A stretch of DNA of 64,000 bases from Mytilus trossulus (lineage: Eukaryota), in NCBI RefSeq assembly GCF_036588685.1, contig NC_086379.1, positions 75,950,001-76,014,000 on the forward strand, written 5' to 3'. This document shows positions 26,301 through 41,300 of this stretch, one piece after another (position 1 is the first letter of the stretch; each line of letters begins with the position of its first letter). The notes under the pieces were generated by a model, which ran no database searches, was not told the origin of the DNA, and was given only the letters and a program-made list of their open reading frames with translations. The position numbers and the translations under genes were made by a program.

Positions 26301-29300
26301 ACAAAAAACTACAAACAAGTTTTTATTGACATTTATTATGAAGATCTCCCACTTGAGTAAAAGTAGCCAGGGAAGCCATCGTCTCAGAGTAGCTTCTGTC
26401 TGGACAACAATCGGGGAAAGGGTTATTTTAAACATACTTTGTTACAAGATAAAGCAATAATTCAGAATATTAAAGTTTGCAATTAGCACATATGATGTAC
26501 AAACAAGACACATTATCACAAGAAATTTTCTTTACTCCTGCTCTTTTATCTATAAATTCCTCCTGCTATCCAAAAAGTTAAGTTTAAATTGTATTTATTC
26601 CTGAGTGTCAAAACATATCTAGTATTCTAATTCACTTTGAAAAACAAAATATTGTTCAACTTTGCAAATAAATACCTTGCTTCTTTTCATCTAATGCTTC
26701 AAAGACTTCTTGTGATAAAGTGCTTTGTATTCTAAACAATTCATTATCAATCCAGTCCGACACTTCATCAGAATCAGGACCACTAGAATCCTTTTTATCT
26801 ATGTAACAAAATTAAATATCTATTTAAGAAAATTTGAAAAGAAACAAGAGCAAATGGTGATGAAGTTAGATATTTTTCAATTCAACATAATCCAAGAAAC
26901 TGATCGTCAGTATATTAATGCTGCTGTCTTTAGTCGCAGGCACTTTCTCACTACTCTAAATGATACATTGAAGCCTTCAGAGTTTTTACCCCTCATTTTC
27001 TTTTGGATACATTTTGAGATTATCCATTCTTCTTTGAAAACTGTGATGGATTTACAGACACTCTAAACATCAATACAGAGGGGGGATAGGACCTTTATTG
27101 GGACTCCGGGATCAGGTTTTTTTAAGCTCAGGATTTGGGTATTGACCCTTTTGGGATCTGGGAATTCTTTTTTTTCAAATTTCGGGATTTTGTGTTTTTA
27201 AGCCTAGGATTTCAAGATCAGGACCCCTCCAATCCCCCTCATCAATACAAGATCCTGATTTTTATTTTAACATCAATATTGAATATTTTTAAAGATAAAG
27301 TTTGAAAAGTCCAAATAAGGGCAGCACTCACAAAAGTCTGACAATTTCATCACAGGAGAAGTCATCTACATTAAGCATGTCTAAACTATTTTTAGTATAC
27401 CAACCATTTATTTACTGAAGTGAGGTGCAGGATTAAATCAAGTCAATGTGATTTTTTAGAAAATACTACAAATCTACATTCCAATCAAATCAAAAATCTT
27501 TATTAAAGACCTCTTTATAATCTATTTATTATCTTGATTACCCTTGCACTCCTCAGGAGAAACTGTTGTAAGACTGCTGCAATTGGTTATTTCACATTCA
27601 TCAGATTGACGTCTAGGTTCTTTAGAAACTCTAAGTCCTAATGAAAATGCACATATAAATATTAAATCTTTTCAGTATCAATAAAATTGAAATGGAAATG
27701 GGGAATGTGTCAAAGAGACAACAACACAACAAAAGAGCAGAAAACAGAAATCTACTTTGTTTAAATTCACCATTTTTTTCTGAAGAAGTTATTAACCTTT
27801 TCCGTTGTTTCAGACATATGTTCAGACTTTATAAAGTTTTGGTAAAAACAAACATAAATTATGCAGAAATACTGATCTATTGAATGAAACATATATTGGG
27901 CTGTGACAAGTTATTTTGTGATGTTTGGTTGCTGTTTCCTTGCTTTTATCTCCACATCTCCTTAATTTATTTTAAATATGTCTAAAACTCAATTATTTTT
28001 TCTATATTACACAATATTCTATCAATTATATGGTACAATAACTCACAACTCAGCCATACTTTATAAAGAGTGGCTGTATAGTCTATAAGTTTGTTGTTGT
28101 TTTCCCATTTTCTTCCATTAAATGATATCAATGTGTAACACAAATTTAGATTTAGAAATGAAAATCAAAATTGAAGATACAGCATTGAAAAATCTATTTT
28201 TTTGTGCTCTCCTTTTTATAATTAGTTCCATAATAAAGGAGAAATAATCCCCCCCAAAAATGTGTTAAATCCAAACTATGGTTGGTTTAACAATTGTATT
28301 GGCTGTTTTTTTTCTATTTTATATATTGCATTAGATTGTTGTACACATGAAATAAAGTAATGACTTTACTGCTATATAGTGAATTACACAAATAATGTAC
28401 TACACAAAATGTTGCAATATACTTAATGGTGGTGCATGTAAAATCAAAATTGAAAACTTTATTTCATTTGTAAAACTATCTTTTGGCAATATACAAATAC
28501 AAAGAGAACTGCTAACACATTTCATTTTGGGTTTCTTTAATATGTAAGTATCTTTTGGCGGATAAAAATACCTTGATTGTTGCAGTTTTCTGGACTACAA
28601 CAAGGACTGATGTTCTGTATGTTAGGATAAATAGATTGAACCTGAAAATTAAATTTGTACGAAGAAGTTCTTGTCAACAGGTAGCAACCATTACATTGTT
28701 ATCCGCATGCAAACAACAAATTGTACCCTTCAAAAAAAGTTGCTCTTTATGTTACATTTATAGGCAAATCTTATGTTAATCAAGTTATCTGTATATTCCT
28801 CTAGATGATTTAGTTCAAACATTTCATTTTCCTAAATGCACAAAAAGAATACAACTTATGACACTTGTGCTATCTTCAATAGTAGTCCCATAAAAAAAAT
28901 CATATGTGCATCAAAATAAAACGACAAAAAGAAGGGTGAGCCCACAGACAAAAAAAAATAATGCCCCTTAGCTTAAGAAAACATAGTCTTCATTTTACCA
29001 GTAATGTTTTCCATATTGTTTCACCTAGATTAAAACAGTGCATGATGTATTGTGACATGTAGATAAAATACCTTACAGTTCAAAAATAAAACATTTCAAA
29101 TGGTGTACCTAACTAGAATAAAATATATGTTGTAAAAAGACTGATACTGACAAAGGCTATTTTGAAGTTAAAATACTTTTCTTTCACAACAATACTATTT
29201 AATATTTTTGATGTCTATTCTTTTTTATCATTATTCTTATTTTTTTTAAATAATCAATACTGCATACCTGATGATGAAGGCCGATATCAACAGTAGAAAG

Positions 29301-32300
29301 CTTTCCTTTGAGTAAATCTTGCTGAAATGAATGCTGCGGAAAATGAAAACATACCACTAAATTAATAATTTATCATCTTTAATGGAAGCTTTAATTTCAC
29401 TATAGCACTTATGAATATAAACATTGGATTTGTTGTTCAATAAGTTAAAATAGTAAACTGTCAGCTACAGTATAACAGCTCACTGATGATACCCCTGCTT
29501 TCTGTAAGGTCAATTGAAAAACACCTGCACCAGTCAAATTACAAATCTATGTTGTCCTTTAAATTGGTATATTAGCTTAGAAAATAGATAATTAGCCAGA
29601 ATATAACAGTTAAAACCAGTTTCATTTATGTTCTACCCATACTTTTGTCATTTTTGTTTAAACTGACATATGTTCAAAGTAAAACTATATATGACTCCAA
29701 CATCCTTGATGGCGGATCTCATTAATAGTTAAATTATTTGGGACAAAGTATCAAAAATTTCAAAAATTAAGTTTTCCTATAGACAATCATTATCCCTACC
29801 CGCAGATGGTGCTTCTATTATATCACTTCGTCAGAGAAGCCTGTTTAAGTTATTAATGGTTGACAAGGGCAAAAATTACACAATTACGTAAATCTTTCTG
29901 AAGTTATAATAGCAAAAACAAATAGAGGCTCCAAAGCCAAAGTCGTAATGCATTATCTTGTTAAAGGGTTGTTCAGAGATAAATGTACCTAGGTGTCCAA
30001 CACTTTTTTGTATACCCAACCACCATAAGTATGTGTTCAATTGTAACAGAATTGTTTTGCTTCCACCCCACAATACTTTTTGCTCCCTGGAAAAGCCCTT
30101 AATTAAATGGGAAAAATGAATAAAATGGGACAATAACAGATTCAACTAATCCACCTTTGTTCCCAGATTCTCTGTCATGGGAATTTACTCTTTGTTTTTT
30201 CAATTAATGCCAACTGCGCATGCTTGTCCTAAGAATTTGATAACTGTAATTTCAGCATTCAAAAAATATAAATTGGCATGCTCTGATTTTGTATACTGTT
30301 GAATAATAAAAAAAAGTTTAAATAAGTTGCCTACAATTTGTTTTCAGAGGCAAAAGTGAGACATATTTAATACCTCGTTGACCTGTTTCTGATATAAATT
30401 CACCAAATCTTTAACACTACCATTACCACCATACCAATCTTTAACTGAAGGACCAAGTCTACAAACAAAGGGTAATTTCATTCTTATTTCAATAGCTTTA
30501 ATATTTTAGCACCATTATTATTCAGATATAACAAAGACTGAAATTGTTGACAAAATCAAGCAGTCACTAAGAATCATGTTATAGAAATTAATGCCTTCAA
30601 GAATATTCAGATACAATTTTCACCAATTTTACTGGCATTTCAAGAAAACTGCTTTGACAAGACCTCAGACATTTTCATCACTATTTAATTTTGAAATAAC
30701 ATTCAAGATTGAAAAAACAAAATGACACCTACTCTGTATTTTCTGGTGTCTGAACAGACATTTTTTGCCTCTTTCTAGGCATTGTATTATATAATGGAGT
30801 TCTAGGATCTCGTGTAATTTTCTGTGGTGTCTGATAGTCCATGTTATAGAGAGCATACACACTGCCAGCAGTAGATAACTTCTTCTCAGGGGCACATTCT
30901 AACTTGGGATCTATACAGTGACTAGCAGGTTTGACACATTTACCAGGGGGACTCAAACATTGCTGCTGTACCTTCAGATAGCTGAACTTTGTAGCAAGGG
31001 ATCTGTTACCATGGTTAACATGCTCACTAGAAAGACAAAGAAGTGCATTTGAGGTTCCTTATATTTCTCAAATAGTTCAGTCAATCTAGCATAAATTTGA
31101 CCCTAACATTGAAGTAATTGCAACAGAAGGTTTTAAGTTTTAAACTTTAGCATTATACCCAAACTATACACTGAAAAAAATCCCATAAAATCTAACTTGA
31201 AGAAACTAAAAAATCATGATGTTAAAATCCCTATGGAGATTTGCATTGATATGGGAGATAACTCTGCAAAAAAAAAGGCAGAAATATCAATAAAATTAGA
31301 TTTAAAATTATAACATTAATGCCTCTATTCAACAAAATGTATTGATTCTTGAATTTTATCCATCTTTAGGGTATAACAAAGAACTCTAAAGGTGTTTTCC
31401 TATCTTTAATCAAGCTAAAACCTAGGTTTCATAATTCATAAGTTTACCATTTATTAGATATTTCAGCATGTCAAGGTAAAGAATCACAAATTGGATAAAA
31501 CTTATTAAGCATATATTCTTCTTTTAGTGGTCCAAAGTTTCTTCTAATAAGGTAGATGCTGAACAAAAATAATTAACAGATAAACAATACCAAATGTTCA
31601 CATTATTTTTACGAAATGGTCACCAAAAACTTAAAAATTCCCATAAGACTTCTATTTTATACATTTAATGAGCAGAATATTATATAATATAGTCAAATAC
31701 GAACTTGCAACCCCATCAAAGTATCATATTTTACATGAACTTTTAGAAAATCAACCAAAAACTGACCAAAAAAAAAGAAAAATTTTGCAGAGTTATCTCC
31801 CTGTCCAATGTTAATTTCCATAAGAACTTAAAAATGCAAAATTTGAATTTGCTCAAGTTAGATTTTATGGGACTTTTTTCTGTGTATATATGGGACTTAA
31901 GAAAATGTTTTGAACCTGACCTCCTTTTATTGCTTTAGTAAGTTCATCAGTATCATGCAATGAAAGATGGCAGAATTTTCAAGTGTTCAAGTCATAAGAA
32001 ACCTCAAATTAAAAAAAAATATGCATATGTTTTTTATAACTAAATGGATAGTTTTCATTATACCACTTATTTACATATACTTTTTTCTGATTTGTCCAAA
32101 TTTGTCCACATTTAGAAGAAGTTTACTTATTTTTAAGACATATTTTCGGTATGCATAGTGACCTGAGCGTAACCCTCCTCGTAAAAATCCTGTGATCGTA
32201 ACACATGGATCTGTCATTAAAATAAACAATTATCTGATTGTACATGTTAAACACATGCTCAATTCCCATGCTTTTAGTTATTTGTTTAATATAAGTTGAC

Positions 32301-35300
32301 AATCGGTAAACTTCGGCTTCAAAACATGGCATTTAATGAGCAGCCATATTTGTTAAATCATAACAGACAGAGAGAAAAAAAAATTGACGATTATACGATA
32401 TATTTGCATAAAAAATGAAAAAATCCTGCACAGAGGACTTTGTTTATGATAAGGGCTGTTCCAGAAAATACTATGTCCCCCCCCCCCCCCCCCCCCCCAG
32501 GGACGGCACTTTTTTTTAACCCCCACCACCCACAGAAATAAAATTTAATTAGAACAGCACTCCCTTTGCATTTTGTTATTTCAAATTACAACCACCCACA
32601 TAATATTTAAAAAAAATTGCCTTCCCTGGGGGGACATAGTATTTTCTGGAACAGCCCTAAATACATGAATTGGATAAACATCATTTTTCACCACTCACTC
32701 GTTTCATATGACTTTAATATCTCATTGTACCATACAAAATAAAAAAGTCTACCTGGATAGCACCAAGTACTTATATCGTCAAAGTGAGTGGAAAAGTATT
32801 ACAATGTGTTGAACTTTTTATTCATTATTGTTTTTTGCCCCATTGATATACACCCTACATCACCTTTTACTCATGTTAATGCAAAGTTTCTTGATTTTTT
32901 AAGAAAATTGTTAAACTTTTTTACCTGACAGAACTACCAGCCTCACTTTCACTCTGTTCTGATGGGGCAACAAACTTCTGTTCCTCCTCTCTTTCCAATG
33001 GGAGAGAGAACTTCTGTTCATCGTCTTTGTTTACTCTGACAGTGTAGTAGTAATCTTTTCCTTGTTGTTCTTCTTTCAATTCCCAGTCTAAACTGAAGTA
33101 ATAACAAACAGCATTTATATTTATCATTCAAAAGATTTTTAACAGTTCTTTATAATCATATAAAAGTTAAGTCATTTTATTTTAAAACAAATTTAAATTA
33201 TGAACATAATTGCATAGGATTGAAGATAATAATGCAAATATTTGAGCAAAATTGATAGCTTAATAGACACTCTTATAAATTGATATATGTTGTTGAAGAC
33301 AGTACATTGCTGTCTAGATGTCTTTTTTTAAGGTACATGGATGTCAAGCATTAGAAGTTCCTTGATGATATATTTTGTTACATATTTTCACTGGACAAAT
33401 ATTATAGTATTCTCTCTCAACAGAATAAAGGGTATAGAAAATTTATCCCAGCAGAAACATATATTATGAAATTGCTTATAACAAAGTTTCAAGGAGAGCA
33501 CATATACATTGACACAGTTGCTGCCTTGTTAACATTACACTTTACATACCTTTTAATTTGTATAAACCACTTGAATACAGATTTCAATATAAACACTAAA
33601 AATTAAAGCCTTAATAGATGATGCTTCAATCTCATATCACCACATAGACTCCATCATTGAAAATTGTTGTTTACCGTATAAATCGTTAAATAAGCCGCAG
33701 GTTTTTTTCTCTGTCTTTGTCCCTGCGTGTTATAGTCGGGTGCGTGTTATGTATGTATTATTTTCTGTTTTCAGGACGACGGTGAAAAAAAATTATCTGG
33801 ATTTGTTTTCTAGAGACAGTCAGATTGTCAAGTGCTTGCAGTGACTTGATAAATTGTTAATGTGGCATATTTTGTTATGAATAAATAAATATATTTACTA
33901 AATCGTTTGTTTTTATTTCATTCAATCACTCCAATCATTGTTGGTTTACAGGAAGTCGATAACCATGTGTTAGTGTTCATTTCGTAAACAAAGAAAGATA
34001 ACTGTGTCCATACAGGATATTAATTGTGTATTTATCATAAATATGTAGTTGTTAGTTGATTTAATGTGTTTTAATATAAAATTTTCTAATGAAATAATAA
34101 AGAAAGTGATTGTGTGGCTTGCCAATATTACAAGTTTCTTTAAATGACGATGGTGATGCATGTGCTTAAATCGACACTTTAAAGTGCTTCATAAACAAAG
34201 AGAGATAATCGTGTTTGAAAAGAGGTACCAAACAGGATAACCAGTTATCAAAAGTACCAGGATTATAATTTTATACGCCAGACGCGCGTTTCGTCTACAT
34301 AAGACTCATCAGTGACGCTCAGATCAAAATAGTTAAAAAGCCAAACAAATACAAAGTTGAAGAGCATTGAGGACCCAAAATTCCAAAAAGTTGTGAAGAG
34401 TAACTGTTTGTCGTTTTATTGTGTTTCAAAACGAAATATCTTTACGAAATATTATTGGATGTTTAACTAAAAAAAAAAGAATACTATTTTTTATAATTTA
34501 ATCTGTTAAAACATTTATTTATTGCCGTCTTATTTTGATTCCCCTTGTCATTGCTCATAACACTTTCATTTAAAAATAGACAATGACTTGCAAAAAGTAA
34601 ATTGTTTTGTTTGTGGTATTCATCCAAATTAAAATTGAAAAATGTTTGTTACTTTCAGAACTTCAACTTTTATTTTATAGACAACAATAAAATTCTTAAG
34701 ATTAATTTAATTAAAAAAAATCGACTTTTGGGTGAACAGTTTTCACACGTGGGTACAGGTAAGTAGGTCATAATCAAGGTAAACAATGGCAGTTTTATGG
34801 CTTGGGTGACCTTTCATGCATACATTTTTAAGATTAATTTAAATCCTTAATGCCAATTCAAACAATAAACAAGCAAGCAATACCATACTAATTTTAATCA
34901 AAACAACAAGGTTCAATGGACACCCAAACTGTCAACACATGGCCATTGTTGACAAAAAAACATCAAACGAAACTGGCATAATTAAAACAATGAGAAAAGT
35001 ATAATTATTTTATTACGATTTTTTATTTTAATATGACACAAATAAAAATATTCAAAAATACTCTCAACTTTCTCACCAATCTGAAAATAGAAATGAAACT
35101 AATTACGGTGTGAGTTACAAAAGGAGAAAATATTCATGACACTATCAGGTCAGTAGGATAAATATACGTTTTCTTCAGTGTGCGCTTAATATTCAGGTGC
35201 GTTTTATGTAAGGACAAAAACAATCTTCCCCCCTAAAAACGGCCGTGCGGCTTATAAAACGATGCGCTTTAAATTCGAAAATATACGGTACTTACTCTTT

Positions 35301-38300
35301 ATGATTGAATTTCATTCTGTCCACAAATCTTAATCTGTCATCCTGCAGATAATCAGGAGAAATGGGAAGTCTGTCATCCTGCAGATAATCAGGAGAAATG
35401 GGAAGTTTACTGGACTGGTTATTGTTGAACCTAAAACAAACACATCTCTACAACTTATTATGTCCAGACTTTAACTTGTTTAAGAACAAAAAAAATGTAT
35501 ATATATTGATTATATTGATGACAGATTGTTGATCTAAACATCAAAGATACATGTATGTTAGTGTGAGTAAACAGAAATTTGATGTTTTAATAGTAATGGT
35601 TTTCATCTTCCAATTTTCACAACCAGCCTAAACTATGTAAAATACAATTTCACAACTTGTCTGATGAGAAGCTATAATTCATAATGTTGCTGTTGTTGTA
35701 AAAGTGTAATTTTTACCACTTTTAAAAACAATTGTGTTTTTGGCAGAAAAAATATAGAAAAAGGAACAGGATATTTATCAAATTTTCCAGTGTGCTATCA
35801 CTTAATTATGAAAAATTTCATGATGATGAAGGTTTTACTTGGCACAGTTAATGATGTCTAAAAGTAATTTAGATTCAGATTCAGATTCAATTAAATAAAA
35901 CATATGTTAACTTAGTTGCAGAGTTAATTCTTTAACCATTGTGTTAACTATAATAAAGGGCTGCGCTTTAGCGCATGATACGCCTGTTGCTCTTTTAACT
36001 TGTCTTTTATGCTTTAAATGAATTTATATGATCAATTAGAAATAGGGTGAGCCCTGTCAAATACACCCCCCCCAAATAATAAATAAAAATGCACAAAAAA
36101 ATTGGCACTATTAAGGCTACCTCAAATCTAACTAAGTTTGTTGTCTTAATTTTTCATCCATACATAAAATTTTGTGAAAGTGTTAGTTATTGTCCCAAAA
36201 TTGGAAATATCCCCCCTTTTTTAAGCATAAAAATTCATAACATGGAAATGTAAAATCTGAAATTTATAAAAATTGAAAGGGAGCTTACATCAATAGATAT
36301 AAACAATTCACCAAAGTTTCATGGTCATTGGTGAAAGCCTTTTTGAGTTATTGTCCGAAGTGTTAAAAATCACCCTTTTTTTATGAATAAAGCCCCATAA
36401 ATCCAAAACTTTAAATCTGAAATTTATAAAAATTGAAAGGGAGCTTACATCAATAGATATAAACAATTTACCAAAGTTTCATGGACATTGGTGAAAGCCT
36501 TTTTGAGTTATTGTCCGAAGTGTTAAAAATCCCCCTTTTTTTATGAATAAAGCCCCATAAATCCAAAACCTAAAATCTGAAATTTATAAAAATTGAAAGG
36601 GAGCTTACATCAATAGATATAAACAATTCACCAAAGTTTCATGGTCATTGGTGAAAACCTTTTTGAGTTATTGTCCGAAGTGTTAAAAATCACCCTTTTT
36701 TTATGAATAAAGCCCCATAAATCCAAAACTTTAAATCTGAAATTTATAAAAAATGAAAGGGAGCTTACATCAATAGATATAAACAATTCACCAAAGTTTC
36801 ATTGACATTGGTGAAAGCCTTTTTGAGTTATTGTCCGAAGTGTTGAAAATCACCCCTTTTTATGAAAAAAGCCCCATTAATGCAAAACTTAAAATCTGAA
36901 ATTTAAAAAAAAACGAAAGGGAGCTTACGTCAATAGATATAAACAATTTACCGAAGTTTCATGGACATTGGTGAAAGCCTTTTTGAGTTATTGTCTGAAG
37001 TGTTGAAAATCCCCCCTTTTTTTCATGAATAAAGCCCCATAAATCCAAAACTCAAAATCTGAAATTAAAAAAAACAGAAAGGGAGCTTACGTCAATAGAT
37101 ATAAACAATTCACTTAAGTTTCATGGAAATTGGTGAAGGTGTTTTTGAGTTATTGTCCGAAGTGTGGACGACAGACGGACGGACAACGGTATACCATAAT
37201 ACGTCCCGTCCCGGGCGTATAAAAAGTAATACAATTTTAACAAATTTTAAGATGAACAAATATTTGAAAACTTTGTTCCAAAGATGTTTGGTAATTTTCT
37301 AGTATTTCTGAAAGTAATCTCATGTAAATTGGTTAGGGCTGTTCCAGTAAATACTATGTCCCCCTCCCCAGGGACTGCACTTTTTTTTAACCCCCACCAC
37401 CCACAGAAATAAAATTTAATTAGAACAGCACTCCCTTTGCATTTTGGTATTTCAAATACAACCACCTACATAATATTTAAAAAAATTGCCTTCCCTGGGG
37501 GGGACATAGTATTTTCTGGAACAGCCCTTATGAATTGCTTGATTCATTTAAAGGAAACACCGGGTTGACCTTAAAATCTAACCTCATTTCCTTGTGATGA
37601 GCATCTTCAAGCAATCTTCTGGGAGTAGATTCAGCTCTAGGTGATTTACTTATAGACCTGTCCTGTCTTCTAGGTGATGGGGAGTTAATGTTTCTTTGAT
37701 CCCTTGGTGTGTTACTTTGAGATGTTTCCCAGGTCTTTGGAGGTCTAGCAGGTTTGATAACAGTTTTTGAAGTTTTCTTTACTTCCTCAATGTTCAATAA
37801 ACTTTCCATATATTGTAATACATTCTACAAGCAAATAGTTTGTTGTTTGAAAAATAAAAACATGATTGATGGTTTTACCACCATCCATTAAGGAAAAAGC
37901 TTTAGTTTCGGTAATTAAATATTTAGCAAAGGGACTATAATCTTAAACATCACAGTCATTCTGTTAGCGATTAGAACAAATGTTTGTAGAAACAAATTAA
38001 TAGAGCACTAATGGTTTTGATATGCTATATAGATATGACTCTCAATATGTTGTCAGTATATCAAAGCATGTTTAAATGATCCAATATCTTATGAATTTGA
38101 CATATATACAAATACTTCATTTTATCAAGCTTTTTTACACACTAATGTGAGCTAGCATGAGCTATTGGTTCTAGTACATGCAGCCTGTGAGTTAATAGTA
38201 GAAAACTTCCCCTTTGTGGAGTGCAAATGATTGCATACAATCTGAGCTAGTTTATTTTAATATATCTGTATTATCTATGTTTCTATATTCAGTCTGAATA

Positions 38301-41300
38301 ACATAAAAAAAAACTTATTCACACTACAAGCTAAAAAGGTTAATAATGCATTAAAAGCTTCATGCCAAAACATTCCTTACAGGCCTAGAAAAAAATTATA
38401 TATTTTGCCATGCTTCTATTTTATATATACCATCCTTTTTGAAGCAAAGATGAAGACATATTTTACAAGAATAAAATCTAAGTTTATCCAAAAATAATAG
38501 ATTCTGGCGCACTGTTGCATTACATTGATTGGTCTAAAACAACCTGATTACCCTATATGAATAAATTTTGTAATAATTCATTTTGGTTATAAACCTCTTT
38601 ACTACACAAATTACATAGTCACCTGTTTAGGTATGGTGAGAATATTCCTGATATTATACATCTGTAATTTACGATGAAGTGGGTCTAATTGTAAGCAATG
38701 CTTTAAAATCAACATAAAAGCCTCTGGTATTCTGTCAGTCTCTATTTCTAACTGTTCTCTCTCCTTAAGTATTTTGTAATGAACAGTTTCTGTGTCTAAT
38801 TTACCCCAAGGAACTTCACCTGCAGAAGATTTAAAAGTAAGATTTAAGTCTAGTTGAGTGCTCCAAGGACATTAGTTTCAATATTCTTGACCATCAAATT
38901 AACTCAAACTCCTTTATTTGAATTAATAACATACATAATTAAAGAATGTCAAAACTTTCATAGAAAACAATGAACAGTGCATGTCAGAGTACATAATAAA
39001 TCATTATAAAGTATTCGAATAACAAATTTCTATTTTCCTTGGGTTGTGATTTCATGTCATAAAAATAACAAAATGTAAATCATTGATTCACCTGAATAAA
39101 AATATTTTTTACATTTTCATATTAATTTTCCTTTGCCACATTCTTGAAGAGCACTCTGCATAATATTCTATATAAATTAGTAGAATTCAAATTTTTAACT
39201 GTGTAAAACTCATTCAGACAGATGGACTAGAAAGAAACTAAACTAGTTTTCTCACAGAATAAACTTTCGATCAATTGTCAGCTTAATCTTACCATGAAAC
39301 ATTTCCCAAATGACCACAGCAAAACTATAGACATCTGAAGCCATTGAAGGAGAGCTTGCATTCATGATCTCTGGGGCCATCCAGTTGTAAGCCACATTTT
39401 GGTACATGTTCTGGTTCACAAAACTTTTAAGTCCAACATCTACTTTTTCACTGTTTCATAAAAAAAAATCAAAATCAATGATAAGTTACAGTAATTTTAG
39501 CTCTTAAACCAATTTTAACTTTTCTGTTAAATTGTGGGTTTTTTTTTATTTATTATCTGAACACTTAAATGTTGTTAGCTGACATTTGTTATTGATCTAC
39601 CATTCGGTCCCATCAGTATGATTAACATTGTCAACTAAACTCATTGTCATATATGTTGTACGTTTTTTACTGTTTTACCACATGCCAAGTTGTGCAATGA
39701 GTTTGCTAGCCTATTGAAATAAAAAAAAAAATCATGAAAAAAACCCATTGGTATTTAAATGTGGATTGTCTTGATGTTGCCATAGGGGATTCAGTGATGA
39801 CATTTTCAGAATTGCAAACTGTATTATTTGAGACTGCTCAAGTGTTAAATGAAAGACCAATAGGTACCAAGAACTGTGATCCGAATGAAGGGACATACCT
39901 ATGTCCGAATGATTTATTGCTCGGGAGAGCTAGTATTCGAGTTCCGAACGGACATTACAATCAGGATTGTAATCCAAGAAACTGTCATGCATTTATCCAG
40001 AACATAGTGAATTCATTTTGACGAAAGTGGATTCGTGATTATTTTCGTACATTGATTATAAGACAGAAGTGGCATACATTATATAGAAATCTCAAGAAAG
40101 GTGACTTGGTTTTGGTACAAGACAGCAATGCTTTGCGTGGAAAATGGAAACTGGGGCAGGTTGACGAGGCGATTCTGAGTCTTGATGGAAATGTTTGTGA
40201 TGTGACCGTGCGTTACAAAAACTTAGGTGGTAGTGGAACCCATTATCAAAATGTCACAGATAAAAAAAAATCGTCGTTCAGTGCACAGACTAGTCTTACT
40301 ACTTCCCGTTGAAGAACAAACAAATGTAACTGTTTAATCTGAAGTGTTCGTGGCGGGAGTGTATGGCAAGGCGATATAGTAATTTACGTTCTTTCCCCAA
40401 TACTAAATTTCCCCTGGAACAGAGAAATGTTGACATTAATTTGCTCAAGCTATTTACATATTGGAGCTCGTCAATGCATAAGTTTGTTTGAATAAAAGTG
40501 ACAATATACATCGGACAATACATGGCATACTATAGACCTATCATTCTGTTATGTTTATATCTTACAATGTAGTAAATGTGGTTTGTTCTTTATTTCAGGT
40601 TGAAACGTACATGATAATAAAACAATAAATGTTAAACAACCTGGCGTGTATTTCTTGAGTAAAACATCTACAAATTATTTCTGAATGGTAATACCTGATT
40701 GTTCAGTTCAAGGATAACTATTAATTCTCAATGTTAGCGTTTAACATTAAGCATTAAGATGTATTATCATTATCTTCCCTTTTTAACTTACCAGTCTACA
40801 ACATATTCAAAGTTGGCCAGTTTAGCACAATGTGGATTCACCAACATGATGGCATGTGATGTCACAAAACAATGGATAACATTCTGTTCATGCAGGAAAA
40901 CCAAGGCACTGCTGATCTGATATGTTATGTCATGAATATGGCTACTGGACAATCTTTCTAGCTAAAAAAGAAGTTAATCACAGTGAAAAAACTATTTCAA
41001 TTATTTTAAATCCAATGTAGACTCTTTATCAATAGCAGGAAATTCTTTAGAGTCTGTATCCCTGCCCTTGAATCTATAGCAATGCTAAATTAACAATGAA
41101 CACTGGCTAACCTTATTGAATCTATTGACTCAAGTTAATAACTAGCACCTTTGGCTATGCATGATAGAGGTGCAATATTTTTAGTCAATTGGATTGAAAG
41201 AGGAATTGAAGTAAAAGACCCTTCATCATTGCTGTTATCTGTGCCATTATCAGCATGCAAAGCTTTCTTAAAAATGTGTACAACATAGAAACAGTAGATA

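Noticed and set aside
26860-27062. Extra TEX14-like exon
   Set aside because: The phase required by the flanking exons hits a stop within three codons, and exons 18 and 19 join cleanly without it.
29476-29520. CACTGATGATACCCC, a possible fourth hammerhead
   Set aside because: No closable stem II or correctly placed GAAA and cleavage triplet; at most a fragment.
30374-30458. GPSVKDWY as the TEX14 CEP55-binding GPPxxxY motif
   Set aside because: The second proline is missing and the tyrosine spacing is one residue too long, so I do not call it as the motif.
32123-32332. 69-aa minus-strand ORF as a nested gene or exon
   Set aside because: No recognisable motif or convincing splice context; the neighbouring TEX14-like exons join in phase without it.
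36180-37165. CRISPR-like array
   Set aside because: Whole units repeat with no unique spacers; this is a eukaryotic satellite inside a mobile element.
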